This document shows, in pieces, positions 1 through 8,667 of a stretch of 25,695 nt of DNA. The notes beneath the pieces are model-generated. The model did not search any database. It was not told where the DNA came from and worked only from the letters and a program-made list of their open reading frames with translations. A program made the position numbers and the translations under genes. The DNA lies in assembly GCA_964612045.1 (NCBI GenBank), contig CAZTER010000001.1, positions 1-25,695 on the forward strand, in the 5' to 3' direction. Each line of letters starts with the position of its first letter. Position 1 is the first letter of the stretch. Source of the stretch: an uncultured Bdellovibrionales bacterium. Its GTDB lineage: Bacteria > Bdellovibrionota_C > UBA2361.

Positions 1-330
1 TCAGTTGGAACTTCAGTCGCTGTTTCAGTCGGCGCTTCCGTTGCGGTTTCAGTTGGAATCTCAGTTACAACTTCTGTAGGCGTATCAACTGGAGTATCAG
101 TAGGAATTTGAGTTGGAGCTTCTGATGGAGACTCCGTAGCAGTATCGATCGGTGTTTCTGTTGGCTCTACTGTTGCTGTCTCTGTAGGATCCTCTGTTGG
201 CGTAGCAAATGTCATCCCTCCACCTGACGGATCCACTGGCGTCTCTGTCGGAGTTTCAGTTGGAATCTCAATAGTAGGCTCCTCAGATTCTACAGTAGGC
301 TCTCCCGTCTCTGTCAGTGAGTTGCCGTCT
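1..330 (-). repeat. Degenerate coding repeats (PTE/PTET units); exact 18-bp repeat gtttcagttggaatctca at 46-63 and 253-270
   Basis: Recurrent tcagttgg/tctgtagg/tctgttgg units on the + strand, read as Pro-Thr-Glu codons on the minus strand. Confidence 0.8.
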
Positions 331-1271
331 GATGGAGTCTCAGTTGCTAAATCTTCTGTTAGTGTCTCACTAGGGGGCTCAACATTAGATATAGGGTCGA
401 TCGTTGGATCTAAATCAATGCCATCACCTGATGGGCTATCCGATGAAGGATCATTAAAACTTTCATTTTCATCATTATCATTTGAACTACCTTCATCAAT
501 AACAACAACAGATTGCAAGGTTATGATTGATGAAGCATCAGAATCTCTAACAAAGATCCTAACAACTACAGGCTCACCTATCGAAGTTTTAAAAGAGATA
601 TTCAACCGTTTCTGTTGCTGATTAAATTCAATATCTAGTGGAGCAATAGGAGCTATTAGGGATGAAGAGATATCACTCCAAGAAGCACCATCTATCAATC
701 TTGAAGCAAGCTCTGGTTCTATAAAAGTATGATAGTTAAGAGAGAAATTTGATAATCCGTTGGCTAAATACTCTTCAAAATCCAAGGCTCCACCAGGGTT
801 ACTAGAGCTATCAATGATAAAAACACGTCCATCTTCCGAAATGGCAAAAAACCGAGAATCTCCCTGCATCAAAATCGTTCGAGAACTACTTCCTGGAATA
901 GATATAGGATAAGGGATTTTTTCTAGGGCTAGAGAACTAAGCTCTTCAAATCCAGCTTTTTCAAGGGAGAAGATCCTTCCACTTGTTAGACCTATTTGAT
1001 TAAATATAACAGTTTGATCTTGAACCTCACCTAATTCTAACTGCTGAGGAAGATCTCTTGTTGAGAATTTATAAAACTTACCATTAGGATTAACTGAAGC
1101 TCCCTGACTCAACCACTGATTGTTTTGAATAAATGAGGCTAAACTACTTCCGTTTTCGCTCTCTGAAGTAGAGTCAAAAAACTGTTTAGATATTGGTGAA
1201 CCCAAGGCAAAAACAATTGCCGCTAAGGAGACTACCAAAGCAAGAATAAAGTAATAGTTCCCGCGCCTCAC
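1..1271 (-). CDS. Secreted/membrane-anchored hypothetical protein with long acidic Pro/Thr/Glu-rich repeat region; 3' end runs off the window
   Basis: Hand translation of the minus strand is open from GTG at 1271 to the window edge (~423 codons). N-terminus MRRGNYYFILALVVSLAAIVFALGSP (basic then hydrophobic). Distal part ...EIPTETPTETPVDP...PTETATEAPTETATEVPT. An alternative TTG start near 1322 is in frame; an in-frame TAA lies just upstream of it. Confidence 0.85.
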   Translation of the reverse strand, partial: MRRGNYYFILALVVSLAAIVFALGSPISKQFFDSTSESENGSSLASFIQNNQWLSQGASVNPNGKFYKFSTRDLPQQLELGEVQDQTVIFNQIGLTSGRIFSLEKAGFEELSSLALEKIPYPISIPGSSSRTILMQGDSRFFAISEDGRVFIIDSSSNPGGALDFEEYLANGLSNFSLNYHTFIEPELASRLIDGASWSDISSSLIAPIAPLDIEFNQQQKRLNISFKTSIGEPVVVRIFVRDSDASSIITLQSVVVIDEGSSNDNDENESFNDPSSDSPSGDGIDLDPTIDPISNVEPPSETLTEDLATETPSDGNSLTETGEPTVESEEPTIEIPTETPTETPVDPSGGGMTFATPTEDPTETATVEPTETPIDTATESPSEAPTQIPTDTPVDTPTEVVTEIPTETATEAPTETATEVPT

Positions 1272-1277
1272 AGCACC

Positions 1278-1313
1278 GTTCCCAAAATCTAAGCTGTTCC
1301 CTGTATCTAAGCT
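1278..1313. repeat. Tandem 18-bp direct repeat (2 copies, 15/18 identical)
   Basis: gttcccAAAatctaagct (1278-1295) followed directly by gttcccTGTatctaagct (1296-1313). Confidence 0.75.
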
Positions 1314-1513
1314 AATCCCCAAATCGAATTAATTGGTAACTAAATAGATGACAATTTCGCGATAACAGGTTTAATAACTTAATTCATACAGTAATATCAG
1401 ATAGATAAGGCGCTTTTTAAAATTAGCTTTATAACAAACTCTTCTAGCTCCAATTCTTTAAGGCAAGATCAAAGAGGGGTTAAATTGATCAAGACTGATC
1501 TTAAGAAGAAGAG

Positions 1514-1804
1514 TCATCTACCAATCTGCGCTATCCGCTCTATAATCTGATTTATCAACCGATTGATAACATCACTTACGCTAAGCTGCGCTTTGAACAT
1601 ATTAGATGCCTCCTCAAGATTAATCTTCATACTCTCAATAACACCGGAGTCAGCTCCACGTGCAATCGCATCAGTCAATGCATTCTTAGCTTTCGTTAGA
1701 TTAGATCCTAGCTTTTTTACCTGACCGATCTCTTTCTCTGCTCTAGCGCTTAATGCTGTACCAGCAGATCCAGTAATGGTTGTAATAGATGATATTGATG
1801 CCAT
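1514..1804 (-). CDS. Small helical hypothetical protein (96 aa), weak resemblance to T3SS needle-type helical hairpins
   Basis: Very strong SD AGGAGG-aaac-ATG. Ser/Thr-rich N-terminus, amphipathic helices. The function call is a pattern impression only. Confidence 0.8.
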   Translation of the reverse strand: MASISSITTITGSAGTALSARAEKEIGQVKKLGSNLTKAKNALTDAIARGADSGVIESMKINLEEASNMFKAQLSVSDVINRLINQIIERIAQIGR

Positions 1805-1958
1805 GTTTCCTCCTAATAATCACTTGTCTCTTTATAATCGAGAGACAATGATTAAAGTTTCTCCACTATCAACATTTTGGAAGAGCGAATTACACAGAGA
1901 ATCTTTGTGATGGATAGAAAAGAGAGAGATTCCTCCAAGCGAAGATAGGATCTCCATT

Positions 1959-2849
1959 TTAAATTCTAGCGAATCTACTACCAGCTATAAAAATTCGATC
2001 TAACCCTGCAAGATCTACCAACACTCGATGAACATCCGAGGATGCTCCGTTATTTTGAATCCAAATATTTGAAACTTGCTGGCCTTGATTATAACCAATC
2101 TCACACAAAAAGATCCCATAAGGAGCTAAATGTCTCCGTACTTCTGGAAAAAATCTTCGAATCTCATTTAATCCATCATTCCCAGAAAATAAGGCAGAAT
2201 GTGGTTCATAGGATAAGGATAGATCTAAGTCAGGTTGATCGATTGGAATATATGGAGGATTCGCAACGATCACATCAAAGACATCATCTTTATTTAATGC
2301 AGCAAACCAATCACTTAAAACAAACGAGATTAAATTACCAACACCTAACCTACTTGCATTACGTTGGGCGACTTCCAACGCCTCGGCACTTTGATCAACA
2401 GCAGAGACACTACACGGACGTCCAACTTCTTTAAACCAAGAAGCAATAGATATAGCCAAACAACCACTCCCTGTTCCAAGATCTAAGATCCTGGCGGCTC
2501 CTTTCTCAACAGAGAGATAAGAGATTACTCGCTCGACGATTAGCTCTGTTTCAGGACGGGGAACTAATACATCTGAATTAACTTCAAAATCGCGCCCGTA
2601 AAACTCTTTTTTCCCAACAAGATAAGCTACAGGCTCACCTCTTTTCCGACGCTCAAAAAGCTCTTCACATCTTTTTACTTGCTCAACTGAGAGTATTCGC
2701 TCGGGAAATCCAATTATTTGAGGACGACTAAATCCAGTAACGAATGAAATAATGAGTTCTGCATCCAATTGTGGCGAACGAGAGACTCCTGCAAGTAGAC
2801 CTATAGCGTCTCTAGAAAGATCACTTATCCGCTTACTCCCATCAATCAT
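1959..2849 (-). CDS. prmC: Release factor glutamine methyltransferase PrmC/HemK
   Basis: GEPVAYLVG, VLVPRPETE, LDLGTGSGC SAM-binding motif, NPPY motif; ATGA overlap with prfA stop. Confidence 0.97.
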   Translation of the reverse strand: MIDGSKRISDLSRDAIGLLAGVSRSPQLDAELIISFVTGFSRPQIIGFPERILSVEQVKRCEELFERRKRGEPVAYLVGKKEFYGRDFEVNSDVLVPRPETELIVERVISYLSVEKGAARILDLGTGSGCLAISIASWFKEVGRPCSVSAVDQSAEALEVAQRNASRLGVGNLISFVLSDWFAALNKDDVFDVIVANPPYIPIDQPDLDLSLSYEPHSALFSGNDGLNEIRRFFPEVRRHLAPYGIFLCEIGYNQGQQVSNIWIQNNGASSDVHRVLVDLAGLDRIFIAGSRFARI

Positions 2850-3922
2850 GCATCTACCATACTCTGTTGTTGTAGAGCTTCTGTTTGATAGTGAGCAATT
2901 AACGCATCTACAAGTGGCTCAATATCACCATCGACAACCTGATCAAGATTATACAAAGAGAGACCAATTCGATGGTCTGTTACTCGCGATTGTGGATAGT
3001 TATATGTCCTAATTTTTTCAGATCTCTCGCCTGTTCCTACCTGCGTACGACGATCCGCCTGACGTGACTCTACCTGCTCCCTCTGCTTCATATCCAACAA
3101 ACGTGACTTTAAAACTCGAAGGGCCTTCTCTCTATTTTTTATCTGCGATTTTTCATCCTGAATAGCTACAACCATTCCACTTGGAAGATGTGTAATACGA
3201 ACCGCAGAGTCAGTAGTGTTAACACTCTGTCCTCCATGCCCACCAGAACGATAGACATCAATGCGAAGATCTTTCTGATCAATCTGCACATCAACATCAT
3301 CAGCTTCAGGCAACACTGCAACAGTAACAGTGGAAGTATGAATTCTTCCCTGAGTTTCAGTTGCTGGCACTCGTTGAACTCTATGAACTCCACCTTCATA
3401 TTTTAACCGGCTATATGCGCCTTGCCCCTGCACCTCAGCAATAATCTCCTTATAACCGCCAGAAGAGGCCTCGCTAGAGCTCATTATCTGCACCTTCCAT
3501 CCATGAGTCTCAGAATATCTGGTGTACATTCGAAAGAGATCTCCTGCAAAAATACCAGCCTCATCACCTCCAGTACCGGCTCTAATCTCCATGATGACAC
3601 TTTTCTCGTCATTCGGATCTTTCGGCAACAAGAGGACTTTCAATAACTGCTCCAAACCAAGAAGTTCTCCCTCTAGAAGCTTTACCTCCTCAACTGCGAT
3701 CTCTTTCATCTCGCCATCTGCCTCTGCCAACATATCTTTGGCACCACGCAACTCATCAGTCGCTTTTCTAAAAGATCTAATCGTTGCTACCAGCTCTTCA
3801 AGATCTCTATGCTCCTTAGAATACCTAGAGAAAAGTGCTCGATCTTTTACAACATCAGGAGAAGATAGTTGCATGGTGAGCTCTTCAAAGCGCTGTTCAA
3901 TTGCTGATAATTTTTCCCACAT
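2846..3922 (-). CDS. prfA: Peptide chain release factor 1
   Basis: EIRAGTGGDEA, RVQRVPATE (PxT specificity motif of RF1), GGHGGQSVNTTDSAVR (GGQ), RIHTST, KIRTYNYPQ. Confidence 0.98.
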   Translation of the reverse strand: MWEKLSAIEQRFEELTMQLSSPDVVKDRALFSRYSKEHRDLEELVATIRSFRKATDELRGAKDMLAEADGEMKEIAVEEVKLLEGELLGLEQLLKVLLLPKDPNDEKSVIMEIRAGTGGDEAGIFAGDLFRMYTRYSETHGWKVQIMSSSEASSGGYKEIIAEVQGQGAYSRLKYEGGVHRVQRVPATETQGRIHTSTVTVAVLPEADDVDVQIDQKDLRIDVYRSGGHGGQSVNTTDSAVRITHLPSGMVVAIQDEKSQIKNREKALRVLKSRLLDMKQREQVESRQADRRTQVGTGERSEKIRTYNYPQSRVTDHRIGLSLYNLDQVVDGDIEPLVDALIAHYQTEALQQQSMVDA

Positions 3923-4012
3923 ATAATTAACTAAAAAGATAAAGCAGTATTACTAAACCAAATGATGCTCTCCTTGGATAAGATCCAAGAACTCCGAATA
4001 ATCTATAGATCG

Positions 4013-5212
4013 CTAGCTATGAAGTGCTTCTAGAATAGCGCTATGTAGTTGAGGTCTAAATGATCTGATCTGCTTAGATGATCTTGATGGATGAACTCTA
4101 TTTGACATCAGTGTAATCGACACCCCCTGCGCAGGCTCCATCCACAAGGAACAACCGGTAAATCCGCATTGCCCAACGGCATGCGAACTAAGTCCGCAGT
4201 TAGACATCCCATTCTCTCTATTTGGAGATTCCCATCCAAGATGAATCTCTCCATCATTGTCAAAAGAGCTAGGTCCAGTAAAGAAACGCATTACTGTTTC
4301 GCGTCTTAAAAATGTACTTTCACCGCGATAAGCTCGGATCATCTCTGATGCAAATAGGTGCAGATCCCACGCATTTGAAAACAAGCCAGCTTGCCCAGAG
4401 ATTCCTCCAATTGCCCAGGTGTTCTCATCCTGAACCTCACCACACATCACTCGCCTTCTCCACTGACACTCCTCAGTTGGCGCGATCTTATCTAGGAGAG
4501 GAAGAATTCCTCTGCGCTTCATCATTCCTAGATCAATATAAGAAGAGTTTCTCATTCCAAGGGGCTGGAAGATATACTTGGTCGCAATCTTATCAAGGCT
4601 CATTCCACTAAGATTTTCAATGAGAAAACCGAGAAGAAACATATTCAGATCACTCAAGGCCTGCCTCTGTCCCGGCTCTCCTTTTATTACACTTCGATTT
4701 ATAGAGTGAAGGATATACTCACGCGCACCACGACTTGTTAAGATCCCAATTCTATCTGCTGAATTTGCACGAGCTAGCTCTTCAAAATATGGATGCCAAG
4801 CAGGTAAAGCAGATGCATGAGAGAGTAGGTGCTCTATTGTAATTGCTGATTTCCCATTAACTCCGAATGCCTGAACATAACGAGATACCTTATCACTTAA
4901 AGAGAAACGGCCCTCTTCAAGAAAACGCATCATTAGAGTTGTAGTAACAACGACAGAGGTCAGATTTGAAAGATCAAATACCGTATCCCTAGTCATCTCA
5001 TTAGAAATACCCTCGGGAGATTTTAGCCATTTTCTCCCGACACTATAATTATAGAGAACCTGCCCATGTTGAGAGACGAGCAAAACAGCTCCAGGAAACG
5101 CGCCGTCTTGGCACCCCTTTTCAAGTAACTCAGTTACCTTTACAAACCCTTTGGCAAGAGCGGTTGGAACCTGCACCTCTGCAAGGTGCTCCTTCTGCAA
5201 TAAAGCTGTCAT
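4013..5212 (-). CDS. Serine hydrolase/beta-lactamase class C-related (AmiE/YbbE-like) family protein, catalytic motifs degenerate
   Basis: Family scaffold present (FPGAVLLV, TVFDL, LLSHASALP, IFQPLGM, IAPTE, GEVQDEN, GGISGQAGLFS, GFTGCSLW). SxxK reads NLTS, YSD reads LSD, HTG reads QCG. Confidence 0.9.
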   Translation of the reverse strand: MTALLQKEHLAEVQVPTALAKGFVKVTELLEKGCQDGAFPGAVLLVSQHGQVLYNYSVGRKWLKSPEGISNEMTRDTVFDLSNLTSVVVTTTLMMRFLEEGRFSLSDKVSRYVQAFGVNGKSAITIEHLLSHASALPAWHPYFEELARANSADRIGILTSRGAREYILHSINRSVIKGEPGQRQALSDLNMFLLGFLIENLSGMSLDKIATKYIFQPLGMRNSSYIDLGMMKRRGILPLLDKIAPTEECQWRRRVMCGEVQDENTWAIGGISGQAGLFSNAWDLHLFASEMIRAYRGESTFLRRETVMRFFTGPSSFDNDGEIHLGWESPNRENGMSNCGLSSHAVGQCGFTGCSLWMEPAQGVSITLMSNRVHPSRSSKQIRSFRPQLHSAILEALHS

Positions 5213-5335
5213 ATTAATACCGCTCTAAAATAGTTCTGACTGAATTTAAAGATCTGGCGACTACTTAGTGAATCTTCGATGGAAGTATAACAACTCGCGT
5301 TATAACTTTCAAAAATAATCTCGACTGGATTAGAA

Positions 5336-6268
5336 CTAATTATAACGTAACTTTTCATCCTCAAGAGTGACGGAATGGCCCAAAAATATCGGAAGATTTA
5401 ACGGTTCGTGTCCAGACTTAACCCCTTTAAATACTGGATAAGAAGCATCTTTAAATATATCGACTAATGCCTGCTCAAGATTAGGCCCCAAACCTTTTGA
5501 ATGAACACAGTTGGTTAGGTGGCCTATTAATACTCCTTGAAGGTTTTTCAATTTTCCACCCAACTTCATCTGCAATAACATCCGATGAATCCTATACGGA
5601 CTCTCGCCAACTTCCTCAAAGAAAAGAAACTTTCCTTCTGCTCGAAACTCCCAAGGAGTTCCCATTAAGGAGCTAAGAAGAGAGAGATTTCCACCTACTA
5701 TAGATCCCTTCAAGCTAGCTTTAGTCGAAGAGCCACAGATAAAAGATAGATCTGTAGTAGCTGTAGATGCCAGCTGAGAGCTACTTAAAAATGAGAGGAT
5801 CTCACTAACGGATCTTTCATGCTCAGTGTTATTGACTGCATTTGCAGCACCATACTCTATACTTGTTCCATGAATTGCTGGAACTCCCAAGTTATCGAAA
5901 GCAATCAACAAGGCTGTCACATCTGAGAAACCAACTATTGGCTTTCGATATCTCTTAATCTCTTCAACTGGCAAGTATGGAAGGATCTCCATACTCCCGT
6001 AGGCTCCACGAGTACACCATATTACCCCTACTTCATCATCCTCTAGCAGAGCCTTGATCGCCTGAGCTCTATTAAGTGGAGTGTCACTTGAAAATAAGAA
6101 TTTATCAGTTCCATATGCAGAACTAGGATCTAACATTACCTTAGTTCGCCAACCCAAACTCTCTATATATTTCAAGCCTTTAGCTAGACGGCTCGCCTCA
6201 GATGGAGCAGAAGGGGCTAATATCCCAATCACCGGAGAGCCCTTCTCAACTAAATTAGTACTGTTCAT
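5336..6268 (-). CDS. ldcA: LD-carboxypeptidase, peptidase S66 family
   Basis: APS, RGAYGS, VGFSDVTAL (Ser nucleophile), GGNLSLL, FFEEVGE (Glu), SGH (His): Ser-Glu-His triad intact. Confidence 0.93.
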   Translation of the reverse strand: MNSTNLVEKGSPVIGILAPSAPSEASRLAKGLKYIESLGWRTKVMLDPSSAYGTDKFLFSSDTPLNRAQAIKALLEDDEVGVIWCTRGAYGSMEILPYLPVEEIKRYRKPIVGFSDVTALLIAFDNLGVPAIHGTSIEYGAANAVNNTEHERSVSEILSFLSSSQLASTATTDLSFICGSSTKASLKGSIVGGNLSLLSSLMGTPWEFRAEGKFLFFEEVGESPYRIHRMLLQMKLGGKLKNLQGVLIGHLTNCVHSKGLGPNLEQALVDIFKDASYPVFKGVKSGHEPLNLPIFLGHSVTLEDEKLRYN

Positions 6269-6288
6269 AAAATAAATCTCACTCCGGA

Positions 6289-6317
6289 CTTGAATTTTGA
6301 GCAGGCCATGCGCATAT
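6289..6317 (+). promoter_or_regulatory. Possible sigma32-like heat-shock promoter for groESL
   Basis: CTTGAA-N15-GCGCATAT versus consensus CTTGAA-N13-17-CCCCATNT. About 245 bp upstream of groES; weak. Confidence 0.25.
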
Positions 6318-6561
6318 ACAAGGCGCCCAACGGTGCCTTTAGCCTATGGCAGCACAGCATACATAATTCTCTGGATAGTTATAAGACTCCAGATAGTTAT
6401 AGAAAGTGCAATGTTTTTATCGACTTGAGTTTAAAAGCCTAAGTTTTACCAATTTAGACTTTGATTAACTTAAGCGCGCTGCAAGGAACAGGGACCGTTG
6501 AGTGAAATGAACAGTACCGGAGATATCCAGCCGGTCATTATATACATGGAGTGATTTAGCA

Positions 6562-6870
6562 ATGGCGGATAAGAATTATAAGAAGATTCGTCCCCTGCAG
6601 GACCGCGTTATCGTGCAGCGGATTGAGAGTGAAGAGAAGACAGCTTCTGGAATTATCATTCCAGACTCTGCTAAGGAAAAACCTCAGCAGGCAGTTGTAG
6701 TTTCTGTTGGCAAAGGAAAGGTTCGTGAAGATGGAACTCTTCAACCACTAGACCTTAAAGCTGGCGACAGAGTTCTCTTCGGCAAGTACGCCGGAACTGA
6801 GATCAAGATCGAAAACAACGAATATCTAATTCTTCGCGAAGACGATATCCTCGGTGTTCTTGAAGCATAA
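6562..6870 (+). CDS. groES: Co-chaperonin GroES
   Basis: [48 protein letters not shown]; GGAG SD at 6548-6551. Confidence 0.98.
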   Translation: MADKNYKKIRPLQDRVIVQRIESEEKTASGIIIPDSAKEKPQQAVVVSVGKGKVREDGTLQPLDLKAGDRVLFGKYAGTEIKIENNEYLILREDDILGVLEA

Positions 6871-6893
6871 TTTTTTATAATAAGGGGAATAAC

Positions 6894-8537
6894 ATGGCAA
6901 AGGATGTAAAGTTCGGCCTTGAAGCGAGAAAGAAGATCTCGCAGGGAGTCCGCATTTTGGCAGATGCAGTTCGTGCAACTATGGGTCCACGTGGACGTAA
7001 CGTTGTCATCGAAAAGAGTTTTGGCGCACCAACCGTTACTAAGGATGGTGTTACTGTAGCAAAAGAGATCGAGCTTGAGGGCAAGTACGAGAATATCGGC
7101 GCTAAGCTGGTTATGGAAGTTGCTTCAAAGACCTCAGATTCAGCTGGTGACGGTACAACAACCGCAACAGTATTAGCTGACGCGATCTACAATGAAGGAT
7201 TAAAGCTAGTTGAAGCTGGCCATGATCCAATGTCATTGAAGCGTGGAATCGACCTAGCAGTAAGAGCAGTTGTCGAGAACCTACGTGATATGAGCCGCGC
7301 TACCAAGGGCAGAGAAGAGATCGCTCAGGTTGGATCTATCTCAGCTAACAGCGATACAGAGATTGGAAATATCATCGCTGAAGCTATGGAGAAGGTTGGT
7401 AAAGAGGGAGTTATCACTGTTGAAGAAGCTAAAGGACTTGAGACAACACTTGATGTTGTTGAAGGAATGCAGTTTGACCGTGGTTACAGCTCACCATACT
7501 TCGTAACAAACCCAGACAGAATGGAGACAGTTCTTGAGGACGCTCTTATCTTGATCTACGAGAAGAAGGTCTCCTCTATGAAGGATCTTCTTCCTGTGCT
7601 TGAGCAAGTTGCAAAGCAGGGTCGTCAACTCCTTATCATTGCTGAGGATGTTGAGGGCGAGGCTCTTGCTACTCTAGTAGTAAACAAGATGCGTGGAACC
7701 CTACATGTATGCGCAGTTAAAGCACCTGGATTCGGCGACCGTCGCAAAGCTATGCTTGAAGACATCGCAATCCTTACTGGTGGAAAGTGCATCACTGAGG
7801 ATCTTGGTCTTAAACTTGAGAGCGTTACATTGCAGGATCTTGGTCGTGCAAAGAGAATCTCAATCGACAAAGACAACACAACCATCATCGATGGCGCTGG
7901 AAAGAAAGATGCTATCAAAGCTCGCGTACAACAGATTCGTAACCAGATCGAGGAAACATCATCTGACTACGATCGCGAGAAACTCCAAGAGAGACTTGCT
8001 AAGTTGGTCGGCGGTGTAGCTGTTATCCATGTTGGAGCAGCAACCGAGATTGAAATGAAAGAGAAGAAGGCTCGCGTTGAAGATGCTCTTCATGCTACCC
8101 GTGCAGCTGTTGAGGAAGGAATCGTTCCTGGCGGTGGAGTTGCTCTACTTCGCTCAGTTGAGAAGCTTGAGAAGCTTAAGATTGAGAATGAGGATCAAGT
8201 TTGGGGCGTTAAGATCGTTCGCCAAGCTTTAGAAGCTCCGATGAGAACAATCGCAGGCAATGCAGGCGCAGAGCCAGCTGTTGTTGTAAACAAAGTTCGC
8301 TCTGAGAAGGGTGCATATGGTTACAACGCTGCTACAGGCGAGTACGTCGACATGGTTAAGGCCGGTATTATCGACCCAACTAAGGTAGTTCGTACAGCGC
8401 TTCAGAATGCGGCATCAGTTGCAGGCTTAATGCTAACAACCGAAGCAGTAATTGCTGAGAAGCCAAAAGAAGATAAGGGACACTCTCATGGCGCACCAGG
8501 AATGGGCGGAATGGGTGGAATGGGCGATATGATGTAA
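6894..8537 (+). CDS. groEL: Chaperonin GroEL
   Basis: [45 protein letters not shown]-repeat C-terminus. Confidence 0.99.
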   Translation: MAKDVKFGLEARKKISQGVRILADAVRATMGPRGRNVVIEKSFGAPTVTKDGVTVAKEIELEGKYENIGAKLVMEVASKTSDSAGDGTTTATVLADAIYNEGLKLVEAGHDPMSLKRGIDLAVRAVVENLRDMSRATKGREEIAQVGSISANSDTEIGNIIAEAMEKVGKEGVITVEEAKGLETTLDVVEGMQFDRGYSSPYFVTNPDRMETVLEDALILIYEKKVSSMKDLLPVLEQVAKQGRQLLIIAEDVEGEALATLVVNKMRGTLHVCAVKAPGFGDRRKAMLEDIAILTGGKCITEDLGLKLESVTLQDLGRAKRISIDKDNTTIIDGAGKKDAIKARVQQIRNQIEETSSDYDREKLQERLAKLVGGVAVIHVGAATEIEMKEKKARVEDALHATRAAVEEGIVPGGGVALLRSVEKLEKLKIENEDQVWGVKIVRQALEAPMRTIAGNAGAEPAVVVNKVRSEKGAYGYNAATGEYVDMVKAGIIDPTKVVRTALQNAASVAGLMLTTEAVIAEKPKEDKGHSHGAPGMGGMGGMGDMM

Positions 8538-8558
8538 TTTCGCTTCATAGTTACCTAC

Positions 8559-8602
8559 ACTCTCCCCTTTTTAGGCTAAACCTAAAAAGGGGAGAGTTTT
8601 AT
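8559..8602 (+). terminator. Rho-independent terminator of groESL
   Basis: Perfect 17-bp stem actctcccctttttagg (8559-8575) / cctaaaaaggggagagt (8581-8597), 5-nt loop, then tttat; 22 bp after the groEL stop. Confidence 0.9.
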
Positions 8603-8667
8603 CTAGGCTTAAATAATTACGAGAGAAACGAAGCTCGCCTTATCTACATACAAATCTAAAGAGAGAT

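Noticed and set aside
1-330. Repeats at the left edge considered as CRISPR or VNTR
   Set aside because: Irregular, codon-phased and degenerate: protein-coding low complexity, not repeat-spacer structure.
322-621. 99-aa + strand ORF rich in Ser/Val
   Set aside because: Antisense shadow of the Pro/Thr/Glu-rich minus-strand gene, which has a signal-like N-terminus and a much longer frame.
2042-3926. Several 70-134-aa ORFs overlapping prmC/prfA
   Set aside because: Antisense or alternate-frame shadows of highly conserved genes; no motifs.
3983-3999. cttggat-aag-atccaag hairpin between the serine hydrolase gene and prfA
   Set aside because: 7-bp stem without U-tract; too weak to call a terminator.
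6424-6443. CTTGAGT half-site resembling an HspR HAIR operator
   Set aside because: The second half-site matches only 3-4 of 7 bases.
8495-8537. GGAATGGGC-type repeats at the groEL 3' end
   Set aside because: Ordinary GGM tail of GroEL.
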